This document shows positions 11,396 to 24,779 of a DNA stretch of 64,000 nt, one piece after another (the first letter of the stretch is position 1; every line of letters starts with the position of its first letter). Position numbers and translations under genes: made by a program. The DNA is from Macrostomum lignano (Eukaryota), in the NCBI GenBank assembly GCA_002269645.1, contig NIVC01001517.1, positions 132,465 through 196,464 of the forward strand, given 5' to 3'. The notes under the pieces were generated by a model. The model saw only the letters and a program-made list of their open reading frames with translations. It did no database searches and was not told the origin of the DNA.

Positions 11396-13656
11396 GTGGA
11401 TCTCTACGTCAACGACGAGCTGATCCCGGACATCCAGATGAAGCTGGGCGAGGCTGGGGAGGCGTTTTTTCTAGAAGACCCGGACGACCTGCCGCCGGAA
11501 ATGCCGCTGCAGGACCTGCAGGCCCTGGAGCTCGAAGTGCAGAAGCTGGAGCGCAGGATTTCCATGTCGAAGCTCGAGAAATCCTTCGAGGACGCGACCG
11601 GCGGTGCTTCTACTCTTGTCGCTGAGAACGACGACGCGACTGGAACTGACGAGGCCGAGGACGACGAGGCGAGCCTCAAGGCGGAGCGTCCAGCCGGATC
11701 TTCGGCCACGCTGGTCTCCTATTACAGCGACTGTGAGGGCGAGGAGCGGTCTGGCGGGACGAGCAGCCGCAGGGTGACGCTCACTGGCTACAAGTCGGAC
11801 TCTGAGCAGGACAGCCACAATTCCGCACTGATTGGCGGCGCAGCCGAGCAGCTGATGGCACAGCTGGACTGGGAGTGGGGCAAGCTGCCGCACTCGGCCA
11901 CCATGGACAGCGTCAAGTCTGGCGACTATTTTGATTGCACCGATGAGATTTCGGGTGCCGTGGACACCTCAACGACAGCGGCACTCAAATTGTCCTGTGG
12001 CGAGACGGTATCGTCGGAGAAGCTCAACCAGATCCTGGAAGAGCGGATCGCTGCATCTCGAGGCCAGGACGGTGATCAACAGCAAGTTGCGCAGCAGCAG
12101 GAGTCGCAGCAGTCGTCTCAGGCGCAGCAGCAGCAGCAACAGAAGCAACAACAGTCCGCTGAGCGAGAACGCCTCTCATCCTCGGGCGAGTGCTACTTGG
12201 CTGATCTGGACGACAGCAACCGGCACCTCTACCTCAGCGGCTCGCCATCCTCCCCAGAGTCGGGTTACAAGTCGGACCAGGACATGTCCAGCGTGGAGGA
12301 GGATCTCAATGTCGGCGTGCAGTTGTCTCTGTGCGGCGGGCTGGACCTGCCGAACAGCATCACGACTGAGCGCTTCCTCAAGTACCTAATCTCGTACGAC
12401 GAGTTCATGCAGAATCCGGACATAATAGAAAACCGAGACCTAGTGGTGCGGATTCAGGGCAAGAACTACAATTGGCGGACCGCGGCGCCGATTCTGCTGT
12501 GCCGGGCCGTGTTCAACGCGCAGCTGCCCTACAAGACTGTGCAGAACCTCAAGGAGCGCCACATGCGCTTCCGGCGCAAGCGCAACACCATGCGCTCCTG
12601 GTTCGCGTGGGGCCGCGCCAGGCCCTCCGAGGAGACCGACCCAAACGACGAGGAAGCCGGTGGTGGCGACGCTGTTGTAGCTGTGGAAGACATCAAGGAG
12701 GAGGCAGCCGAGGAGCGGCAGAAGGACAAGGGTGCCGAGCAGCAGCCGAAGCAGCGGGCTCGCACTGTACGTCTGTCCTCCAACCAGCTCAAGAAACTGA
12801 ACCTGCGCCCAGGCTACAATGAGCTCCGCTACAGCATCACAACCAAGTACCAGGGCACCACGGAGTGCACCTGTGGAGTCTACCTGTGGGGTCACGACGA
12901 CCGCATTGTGATTTCGGATATCGACGGGACCATCACTCGCTCGGACGTGCTGGGACACATTCTGCCCATGGTCGGCAAAGACTGGACACAGCCGCGCATC
13001 ACCAAGCTGTTCTCGGCTATAGAAAAGAACGACTACAGATTCCTGTACCTGTCCGCCAGGGCCATCGGCCAGTCAGCCGTCACCCGGCGTTTCTTGCAGC
13101 GCGTTCGACAGGAGGGCGTCACCCTGCCCGACGGGCCGGTGCTGCTGTCGCCGCTGTCTCTGATGCGCGCCTTCCACCAGGAGGTGATCGCCCGCAGGCC
13201 GGAGGCCTTCAAAATCGCCTGTCTGCGCGACGTGCGCTCGCTGTTCCGGCCGAGGCGCAGCCGTTCTGGGCCGGCTTCGGCAACCGGCCGTCTGACGCGC
13301 TGTCCTACACAGAGGTGAGCGTCAACCACGCCAGGTGCTTCACTGTCAATCCGCAGGGAGAGGTCAACCGCGAGTCCGGCGACTGCCTGCCGTCCTCCTA
13401 CCAGGCGCTGGCTGAGGTGGCGGACCTCGTGTTCCCGCCGTTCCAGCACCGGTTCGCCGACCACGGCCACTTCTCGCACTTCTCCTACTGGCGGGCGCCG
13501 CTGCCCGTGCTGCCGCTCCTGCCGGCTCCCGAGGATGTCGCCGAGGCGGCTGAGACGGCCGTCAAGGCAGCTGGCCCGGCGAAAGCCGCTGAAGGAGCGG
13601 CGACTCCGGTGGAAGCAACGATAATCGAGGTGTCGGAGCCAGCAGCCCTGGTCTAG
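11396..13656 (+). CDS. LPIN: lipin coding exon 2 (rest of N-LIP, M-LIP, C-LIP/HAD domain), with an apparent 1-nt frameshift at about 13246
   Basis: Acceptor ctcatttcaag|GTG (phase 0) gives VDLYVND…MKLGEAGEAFF. M-LIP LSLCGG…YNWRTAAP, catalytic DIDGT at 12917-12931 and SDVLGHIL are present. The conserved tail PFWAGFGNRPSD…FTVNPQGE…FSYWRAPLP continues in another frame from 13249 to TAG 13654-13656. Confidence 0.93.
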
Positions 13657-14169
13657 TCAGCTGCCGCCTCCCCTCTGCCTGGCTTATTATTCATACCAGG
13701 GTACATTGCCCGAGTCATTATTCGGCTTACTTCTCTGGGAAAAACTGACCTACTGAACTATCGCAATTGTGTGCATATCTGCTGATTTTCGCTGTAAATT
13801 GAGAAAACTGTGTGCCCATATTTGCTGTGCATATTGGCCAAGACGGCTCTGCCGAGTGTTGGTTACCCGTATCCAGCTTGGCCTGTCAATTCCATTGCTT
13901 TCATACTTTCGCCCGCTTTCAAATTGCTGCTTCTAGTGATCGCTTTCACATGTCATCGAGTCCATGGCTCCCTCTCTCTACTCTCCGGTTTCACTCTATT
14001 ATTACTATTGTTATTATTATATTATTTCAGCTCCGATGCTTAAACAGATTTAACGGATTTTGTTTCCGAGCTTGCTAACTCTTTTGCGAGCCTCAATTCG
14101 CTGCTTTCAAACACTTGGGAGTGATTTTTGGCAATTTTTGTGTCACATGCTTGGCTTCGGTTCTCTATT

Positions 14170-14510
14170 GCGATTTGCTTAGTACACCTCTTCAGTTCGT
14201 CTGCCCCGTCTCTATTTGGTCTGTTTCTCTCCCTCTCGGTCTGGTTCAGTCTTGCTATTCTTATCTCTCTCCCTCGCTGCCTTCTGATTGGCTCGTCAAT
14301 CTAAATAAGACTTTCAATTAGGGCGAGGGGGGATAAGAAATGTAGGGGTGGAGTGCGCGACTGAGGAAAGAGGCGAGATTGAAGAGCCAATCAGAAGTCA
14401 GCGAGGGAGAGAGATAAGAATTACAAGATCGGGCTGAACTTTTACAGAGGGAGAGAAAGACAGTAAGCAGAAACGAGGGCAGATGGACTGAAGAAATGAC
14501 TAAAACAAGT
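14170..14510. repeat. long inverted repeat / foldback (possible MITE) downstream of lipin
   Basis: 46-bp arms at 14257-14302 and 14376-14421 are reverse complements with 2 mismatches. Degenerate complementarity extends roughly 90 bp further on each side. Confidence 0.8.
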
Positions 14511-14879
14511 CTCCGACCTGACTACTAGCTTGAATCAGTAGAACCAATGCAAAAGCCCCTATCGGTGAACTGCCATAGGGAAGTATAAAAAGTTTCAAAC
14601 CAGTTGACTAAGAGTTTTGTGGGGCAAGTGGCCCAAAGCTATTTTCATATCCAAAATGATCGCACGTACTACTCATAAATTCCTTATTTTTTTCCTTTTT
14701 GTACCCAAACGAGGTGTTTCTATTTTTAGCTACTAAAAAATAAACATGCTCAGTTCCATCGCTGAGCGGTGAGCAACTCTTTCTCACATCGCAGGAACTC
14801 AAGACTTTCATTCGCCTTCTTTTGTAATTTAGTAAATTGTGTCCATTGATTCGAGTCCGTAAGCTCAATGATTCATATA

Positions 14880-15350
14880 GTGCGTCCATTGGTTTAGATA
14901 TTGTGTCCATTTGTTTCGAGATTGTGTCTGTTGGCTTTGATATTGTGTCCATTATTTTAGAGATAGTATCCGCTGGTTTAGATATTGTGTCCACTGGTTT
15001 AGATATTGTCTCCAATGGTTTAGATATTGTGTCCACTGGTTTAGATATTGTGCTCATTAGTTTAGATATTGTGTCCTCTGGTTCAGATATTGTGTCCATT
15101 AGTTTATATATTGTGTCCACTGGTCTAGATATTGTGTCCATTAGTTTAGATATTGTGTCCACTGGTCTAGATATTGTGTCCACTGGTTTAGATATTGTGT
15201 CCACTGGTTTAGATATTGTGTCCGCTGGTTTAGATATTGTGTCCGCTGGTTTAGAAATTGTGTCCATTAGTTTAGATATTGTGTCCATTAGTTTAGATAT
15301 TGTGTCCATTAGTTTAGATATTGTGTCCACTGATCTAGATATTGTGTTCA
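14880..15350. repeat. 21-bp minisatellite (TTAGATATTGTGTCCACTGGT)n
   Basis: Tandem units; source of ORFs 14608..15474 and 14837..15379. Confidence 0.95.
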
Positions 15351-15649
15351 TTAGTGTCCACAGTGTGTCTATTAGCTGAAAGATTGTGTGCTCAGGCTCG
15401 CTGCTTAAGGGCTCACTGAAGCTGCTAGATAGCGAAGAAATCGAAAAACTGATCTTCATAAACATTTTTTGCAAGAATATTTATGATACTTTACTGAGAG
15501 TAGGATGACAGCGGTGCTACTCAGTTGTATAGTTCTCTAGGGAACTGGATACGGACATGAACTCATGTAGTCTCCAGCTCCCCGACTGCGCCGACTCCAG
15601 ACTTTCCGCCTCATCAAACTGCTTGCTTCTAGGATCCACCAAGTCTCCA

Positions 15650-16560
15650 TCTGAAACCCCGATTATCCATCTAAAACTCCCATTGTCCATCTGAAACCCC
15701 GATTGTCCATCTGAAACCCCGATTGTCCATCTGAAACCCCGATTGTCCATCTGAAACCCCCATTGTCCATCTGAAACCCCGATTGTCCATTTGAAACCCC
15801 GATTGTCCATCTGAAACCCCCATTGTCCATTTGAAACCCCCATTGTCCATTTGAAACCCCGATTGTCCATCTGAAACCCCGATTGTCCATCTGAAACCTC
15901 CATTGTCCATTTGAAACCCCGATTGTCCATCTGAAACCCCGATTGTCCATCTGAAACCCCCATTGTCCATCTGAAACCCCGATTGTCCATTTGAAACCCC
16001 GATTGTCCATCTGAAACCCCGATTGTCCATTTGAAACCCCCATTGTCCATCTGAAACCCTGATTGTCCATCTGAAACCCCGATTGTCCATCTGAAACCCC
16101 GATTGTCCATCTGAAACCCCCATTGTCCATCTGAAACCCCGATTGTCCATTTGAAACCCCGATTGTCCATCTGAAACCCCGATTGTCCATCTGAAACCCC
16201 GATTGTCCATCTGAAACCCCCATTCTCCATGTGAACTCCCCATTCTCCATATGAACTCCCCATTGTCCATGTGAACTCCCCAGACTCCATCTGAAGCCCC
16301 CAGACTCCATCAGAACTCCCCAGACTCCATTTAAACTCCCCAGACTCCACCTGAACTCCCCAGACTCCACCTGAACTCCCCAGACTCCACCTGAACTCCC
16401 CAGACTCCATTTGAACTCCCCAGACTCCACCTGAACTCCCCAGACTCCACCTGAACTCCCCAGACTCCACCTGAACTCCCCAGACTCCACCTGAACTCCC
16501 CAGACTCCACCTGAACTCCCCAGACTCCACCTGAACTCCCCAGACTCCATCTGAAGCCCC
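15650..16560. repeat. compound 20-bp minisatellite: (GATTGTCCATCTGAAACCCC)n grading into (CAGACTCCACCTGAACTCCC)n
   Basis: Both blocks keep the same 20-bp register, with intermediate units at about 16220-16330. Confidence 0.96.
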
Positions 16561-17318
16561 AGACTCCGCCCGAGCCCGAGCCCTCAGCCTCCAGCATCAC
16601 GGTTCCCTCACAATCAGGCTGATTGCAGGAATCCACAAGCCCAGTGAAAGCTCCATGGAGACAGAATTGAATTAAAAAACAACACGCGGGGGATCAGATT
16701 TCATCGTCTGAAACATCTCGAAAATTGAGTTGCTGCGGCAGCTGATTTGCATCCACGCCCGCAGATCCCTAGCGGCGGTAAGAAGCTTCATCGCGGGGCT
16801 CGAACTCCGGACAGCCGAAATTCTATTGGCAGCGAATTGTTTGGGCGCTGATTGGCAGCTCCGCATCCGGCCTGAAATCCCCCACAAATTCTGCCTGCAT
16901 TTGAATTATTGAATCAATAAGCCGAGGCTGAACAAAACGCTGCTGATTTCTCTACCTGGCGGGAGCCTTTCCGCCGCGGCTAAGCGCCCTGGGGATTAGA
17001 GAGGCCGCAAGATCCCCGTGGGCGGCCGGACAGACGGCTAACAAAAAAAATGTCGCCTCAAAACATCTGCCGCTGCGAGTAGCGCAGCTTTTATTGCCAC
17101 TGACGCTCAGCGCACAGGCGGGACGGCTTGTAAAAACTGCGGGGGAGAAAGTTCCCGCTGCTGGAGCACGTGTTTGACAGCTCCGCGTGCGCCTCTCAGC
17201 GCCCAACTTTTTTCCGGACTGCCAGCCCGCGACACTGCAGTTTGGGGCGACCGAAAACTGCCGTCTGTCAGCTCTGGCAGCGGCTGCACCTCTGCTGCGG
17301 CTGCTGCGAGTTGAAGCT

Positions 17319-18245
<927 letters not shown>

Positions 18246-18737
18246 TTTTCGCCGTAAATCTGGCCTTAGTCCAACTCAATTTGAATGAATTGATTTCATT
18301 TTCACTCTCATTCATGTTAGCAAAATCTTCAAAAGTCACGTTCAGAGCCGGCAACGAACACTGGTTTTTTAATAATCTTTTTTCCAAATTAGGAAAATGA
18401 AAATTCTAGTTTTTTGTAGGTTTGCCAGAAAGTGCAATGAAATGAAATCAGTAGCGAGCACTGTGGATTGCCGCAGACAGCTACATTTGTAGCGCCCATT
18501 GAATGAGGCACAATGCCTGCTTTGCTGAGATCAGGTTGCCAAGCGCTCTTCAGAAACCAGCTCGGCTTTTTTGGCACGTGACGTTTCAACTGCGCTTTGG
18601 TGCAGCTTCACTCGGAGGGAAGTCGCTTTGTTACAACTGATGAACAGAATCCACCGATTTTCCACTGACATTGCAGCCCCTCAGCTCACCGCCCGGCTGA
18701 AGTGTGAAAATATCGGCAACTGCCTTCAACTCAATTT

Positions 18738-19160
18738 TCAGTTCTGCCTTTCTCCTCCTCTCTCTCCTCTCCCTCTCTCCTCTCTACCCCCTCTCCTCTC
18801 TCCTCTCTCCCTCTCTCCTCTCTCCCTCTCCCTCTCTCCTCTCTCCCCCTCTCCTCTCTCCTCTCTATCCCTCTCCCCTCTCTCCCTCTCCCTCTCTCCT
18901 CTCTCCCTCTCTCCTCTCTCCCTCTCCCTCTCTCCTCTCTCCCCTCTCTCCTCTCTCCTCTCTGACTCTCTCTCCTCTCTCCTTCTCTCCCTCTCCCTCT
19001 TTCCTCTCTCCCCCCTCTCGCTCCCTCTCCCTCTCTCCTCTCTCCCTCCCTCTCCCTCTCCTCTCTCCCCCCTCTCGCTCCCTCTCCCTCTCTCCTCTCC
19101 CACCCTCCCTGTCTCCTCTCCCTCCCTCTCCTCCCTCCTCTCTTCCTCCTCTCCATCTCG
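18738..19160. repeat. polypyrimidine CT-rich low-complexity array
   Basis: Almost only C/T on the + strand. Confidence 0.93.
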
Positions 19161-19209
19161 CTCGTCCAGTGAAAGCAGTGCCCTCCTAAAGCAAAACTAC
19201 CAGTCTTAC

Positions 19210-19317
19210 CAACTCCCAGGTTCGAAGCTGCAGCCGCACCAGCCCATCGCCTCCGATCAGCCCAAGCGCCCATCGATCTCCCGGTTGCCGCTGTAGTCGC
19301 CTCCGCTTAGATACGTG
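19210..19317 (-). CDS. candidate internal exon of an unidentified minus-strand gene
   Basis: Acceptor tctgctttgagcag|, 36 open codons HVSKRRRLQRQPGDRWALGLIGGDGLVRLQLRTWEL, donor |gtaaga. An upstream 58-nt GT-AG intron (19318-19375) joins in phase 0 to …RERHAQMKLIRE. Confidence 0.38.
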
Positions 19318-19714
19318 CTGCTCAAAGCAGATGCAGAGTGGAGTCTGGCAGTCTGTGATCGATCTGCAAACTCACCTCCCTGATCAGCTTCATCTGCGCG
19401 TGCCGCTCCCTCAACTCAACCAACTCAACCAACTCAACCAACTCAACCAACTCGAGCAACTCGCTCATGATCAAAGCCGCTCCGAGCTCCTTTGTTGAGC
19501 TCTTTTTGTGCAAAATTTCATATGTGACTTTAATGACTGAACTCTGTCTGTGGGATTGAGGCACACTGACTTCCCATCCCGGGTGGGAGTTGTTTTGGGG
19601 ATTGAGGCACACTGACTTCCCATCCCGGGTGGGAGTTGTTTTGGCGTTTGGCTTTCCATAATCTTTTCCGTACTGGGAAGCATATAATGACCCATGACTG
19701 TTTTGAAGTGCATT

Positions 19715-20800
19715 TCTGACTCAATATCTGTAATTTCTGACTCAATATCTGTAATATCTGACTCAATATCTGTCATATCTGACTCAATATCTGTCATTTC
19801 TGACTCAATATCTGTCCTTTCTGACTCAATATCGGTCATTTCTAACTCAATATCTGTCATTTCTGACTCAATATCTGTCCTTTCTGACTCAATATCTGTC
19901 CTTTCTGACTCAATATCTGTCCTTTCTGACTCAATATCTGTCCTTTCTGACTCAATATCTGTAATTTCTGACTCAATATCTGTCATTTCTGACTCAATAT
20001 CTGCCATTTCTGACTCAATATCTGTCCTTTCTGACTCAATATCTGTAATATCTGACTCAATATCTGTCATTTCTGACTCAATATCTGTAATATCTGACTC
20101 AATATCTGTCCTTTCTGACTCAATATCTGTCCTTTCTGACTCAATATCTGTAATATCTGACTCAATATCTGTCATTTCTGACTCAATATCTGTAATTTCT
20201 GACTCAATATCAGTAATTTCTGACTCAATATCTGTCCTTTCTGACTCAATATCGGTCATTTCTGACTCAATATCTGTCCTTTCTGACTCAATATCTGTCC
20301 TTTCTGACTCAATATCTGTAATTTCTGACTCAATATCTGTCCTTTCTGACCCAATATCTGTCCTTTCTGACTCAATATCTGTAATTTCTGACTCAATATC
20401 TGTCCTTTCTGACTCAATATCTGTCCTTTCTGACTCAATATCTGTCCTTTCTGACTCAATATCGGTCATTTCTGACTCAATATCTGTCCTTTCTGACTCA
20501 ATATCTGTCCTTTCTGACTCAATATCTGTCCTTTCTGACTCAATATCTGTCCTTTCTGACTCAATATCTGTCATTTCTGACTCAATATCAGTAATTTCTG
20601 ACTCAATATCTGTCAATTCTGACTCAATATCTGTCCTTTCTGACTCAATATCTGTAATTTCTGACTCAATATCTGTCCTTTCTGACTCAATATCTGTCAT
20701 ATCTGACTCAATATCTGTCCTTTCTGACTCAATATCTGTAATTTCTGACTCAATATCTGTCATTTCTGACTCAATATCAGTAATTTATGACTCAATATCG
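19715..20800. repeat. 21-bp minisatellite (TCTGACTCAATATCTGTCHTT)n, about 50 units
   Basis: Highly homogeneous tandem units; source of the ISDSISV and TDIESE ORFs. Confidence 0.97.
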
Positions 20801-21339
20801 GTTATTTCCGAGCCAATTTAATTTCGGGAGAGCCTGAGCAGAGGCTGTGAGTGTCTCCATCAAGTCCTCTCATATTTTGCACATGCAGCTGGGAAAGACG
20901 CAGTGTTTACCAAGTGCTCCTGGACTCGCTCAGGTCAGTGATCGATGACCCAGAGTGATTTTCTCAAGCAATGGCGCGACTGTAATGAATTCTGCTCTCA
21001 GCCCGGTCTCAGGCCAGCTAATTAGCATATTAATCAGCCCTCTCCAGCCCTGACTACCGGACACCTCGCCCGCGCGAATCCCAGGTGCAATTTTTTGTGT
21101 TTATTTCTGTTTATTTGGCAGCCGAAGTTGCCCCGGATGTCCGCTGGGAGCGGCTGGCCAGGCGGGCTGCAATTATTTATAAATATGCTGGCATCATCTG
21201 CCTACCCGATCCGCTGCATCCCGCCTCCATCATGCTCTTCTCTTGTGCCAGCTCAGCTTCCGCCCCCACTCCTGCCTCTACTCTTCCGCATTACCTCCCA
21301 CACCTGGTCTCTGCACGTCTGCTGCTCTTTATCTCAGCC

Positions 21340-21670
21340 TCTCTACTCTCTTCTCTCCCCTCTTCTCTCTCCCCTCTTCTCTCTCCCCTCTTCTCTCTCC
21401 CCTCTTCTCTCTCCCCTCTTCTCTCTCCCCTCTTCTCTCTCCCCTCTTCTCTCTCCCCTCTTCTCTCTCCCCTCTTCTCTCTCCCCTCTTCTCTCTCCCC
21501 TCTTCTCTCTCCCCTCTTCTCTCTCCCCTCTTCTCTCTCCCCTCTTCTCTCTCCCCTCTTCTCTCTCCCTCTTCTCTCTCCCCTCTTCTCTCTCCCCTCT
21601 TCTCTCTCCCCTCTTCTCTCTCCCCTCTTCTCTCTCCCCTCTTCTCTCTCCCCTCTTCTCTCTCCTCTCT
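21340..21670. repeat. 14-bp polypyrimidine minisatellite (CTCCCCTCTTCTCT)n
   Basis: Tandem units seen directly. Confidence 0.95.
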
Positions 21671-22444
21671 CATCCCTCCTTTTTTCTCTCCTCTCTTTTC
21701 TCCTCTCTCCTTTCTCCCTTGAAACCTCACCGTTCTTATTTCTGCAGAATAATTTTAAGTCAAGCCTTGAAACAAACTTGTCCATCAATACACGCTGGCA
21801 GTTCCAAGCTGATTAAAGTATTGCACATTCACCCCAGCCGAGTGCTTACAGCAGTCGAGTGCTTAAGGCCCATGAAACCCCATGGGGATCCCTTAGCAGC
21901 TGTCGGTCACCCCCAGGCCCTGATCCCTATTAATATCATTTAATCTCCTTAATTGCATCCCCTCAAGTTTCTGTTGCTCATCTTTTTCAGCGACTCAAAT
22001 TCGATATTGAAAGCTTTGAAACTCAAGTCGATTAATAAATAGATTTCTGGTTGAGTTGTCCAGTCAAAGGTTTCCGCCGCCTGCTGCAGCCGCCCTGCGG
22101 CCCCCACTTCCTCTGTCCCGGCCAGCACCATTTCCCCCGTGCAGTTTTGCCCCGGCTACTCCTGAGCAGCTCCCGGTGAGCAGGGATAATCCTCTGAGCT
22201 GACTGAGCACCGCTCCGCGCCTCCGCAATCACCGGCCCATTCTGAGCTGGGAAAACACGGCTCAAGTGGCCCGGCTGAGCGCATTTGCAGGCGACACAAA
22301 CTCGCGCGGTCCGGTGAAGGGGCGGGGATTTGAGCTGGGGGATTTGAGCTGGCTCAGGCTGGGCTGCGGCTCGGGTGGGGAGCAGAGAAACTGAAACAGC
22401 AGGGAACAGGGGAGATGGGAGAATTGGTGACAAACTCATGCCGT

Positions 22445-23078
<634 letters not shown>

Positions 23079-23564
23079 AAGCCTCCCAGCCCCAGTCGCA
23101 GAGCAGTTGGTGAGCAAGTTTCCCACTCCCATTCCCCAGCTCAGCCGCATGTGAAATGGTCCCGGCCGATCGCATGGCAGCTAACGCGCCGCGGCTCCGG
23201 TGCCGGGGCGACCGAACGATTCCCAGCGGGGCTCCTTGAGCAGCTCAGATAAGAACAAGGCGAATTTGAATATGAATCGAATTTGGGCTTCGGCTTCCGA
23301 CTTGAGCGCAGCCTCTCATCCGTCATCATAGTTCGCTGGTCCATTATCCACTCAGTGGCAGCTCAGAGGCAGATTTTATCACGGAAATTCCTCTGCTCGG
23401 GCATTGACTCGGACTTGAGCTCTCGTGAATGGATTTGATAACTAATAAAGAGCTTTTCAGTTATTATTGGGAGGGTAGCAACTCATTAAAGATGTTGGTC
23501 ATTTTTAGCTCGTTTTGGGTTGCTTGAAATCCTTCAATGTTGGTCATTCTGGGGTCATTCTCGA

Positions 23565-24330
23565 TGATTGAGATCAATATTGGTCATTGTGCTGTCATTC
23601 AAGATGACTGAGATCAATATTGGTCATTGTGCTGTCATTCAAGATGACTGAGATCAATATTGGTCATTGTGCTGTCATTCAAGATGACTGAGATCAATAT
23701 TGGTCATTGTGCTGTCATTCAAGATGACTGAGATCAATATTGGTCATTGTGGGTCATTCAAGATGACTGAGATCAATATTGGTCATTGTGGGTCATTCAA
23801 GATGACTGAGATCAATATTGGTCATTGTGGGTCATTCAAGATGACTGAGATCAATATTGGTCATTGTGCTGTCATTCAAGATGACTGAGATCAATATTGG
23901 TCATTGTGGGTCATTCAAGATGACTGAGATCAATATTGGTCATTGTGGGTCATTCAAGATGACTGAGATCAATATTGGTCATTGTGGAGTCATTCTAGAT
24001 TACTGAGATCAATCTCGGTCATTTTGGGGTCATTCTAGGTGACGTGACTGAGTTGAATATTGATCATTGTGAGGTCATTCTAGATGTCTGAAATGAATAT
24101 TGATCATGGTGAAGTCATTCTAGATGTCTGAGATCAATATTGGTCATTGTGAGGTCATTCTAGATTACTGAGATCAATATCGGTTATTTTAGGTGACTGA
24201 GTTGAATATTGATCATTGTGGGGTCATTCTGGATGACTGATATCAATACGAGCGTATTGGTCATTGCGAGGTCATTCTGGATGACTGACATCAATACTGG
24301 TCATTGTGGAGTCATTCTAGAGAACTGAGA
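23565..24330. repeat. 39-40-bp minisatellite (GTCATTCAAGATGACTGAGATCAATATTGGTCATTGTG(G/CT))n
   Basis: About 10 near-perfect units followed by degenerate ones. Confidence 0.95.
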
Positions 24331-24779
24331 TGATCTGACCTTCAAAACTCCTTCATCTTGCGAAAATTCACAGTTCCTCACCTGCGCTGGCCAGTGGCAC
24401 CGTCAGGCCCAGGTGAGCGGCCGTCCCTCGCCAAAGGCAGCCCTCCCGGGGTTTCTGTTGAATCTTCCAGTGTTGCTTTTCGCCAGATTTTCGCTCCCAG
24501 AAGAATTTCCAGACTGGCCGGAGCTGTCAGCGGCCGGCAGCCTGAGTGACAGCCGCGGCCGGGGCGCAAAGCACCTGCGAAGCCGCCACTTCGGCCAATT
24601 TTCACCTGGCCGGACAGCCTGGATGGGTGCTGGGCTTATTTTATTTTTTTATTCGCCCCGCCGCCTCGGTTTATCTTGACAACGGCACTCGCCACCTTTT
24701 CACTTCTGCCGGCTCCTGTTACACCCAGCTGTCACCTCCGCCTCCCTCCCTGCGCCTCACTCCCTACGCCTCACTCCCT

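Noticed and set aside
13241-13254. Programmed -1 ribosomal frameshift in lipin
   Set aside because: No X XXY YYZ slippery heptamer. A homopolymer deletion is far simpler, and lipins are not known to be recoded.
14755-15510. Short plus-strand peptides resembling SAM (SLSGEQLFLTSQELKTF) and RhoGEF DH (LLDSEEIEKLIFINI) fragments
   Set aside because: Too short, bounded by stops, and no consistent exon chain could be built.
20810-20933. Plus-strand exon pair (…EPEQRL|WERRSVYQVLLDSL) with a 42-nt intron
   Set aside because: Plausible but very short, has no recognisable family, and conflicts in strand with the 19.2-kb candidate; insufficient support.
23565-24330. CRISPR-like array (hairpin-containing 39-40-bp repeats); the same was considered for the 23-, 27- and 30-bp arrays
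   Set aside because: Units are contiguous with no unique spacers, there are no cas genes, and the context is eukaryotic.
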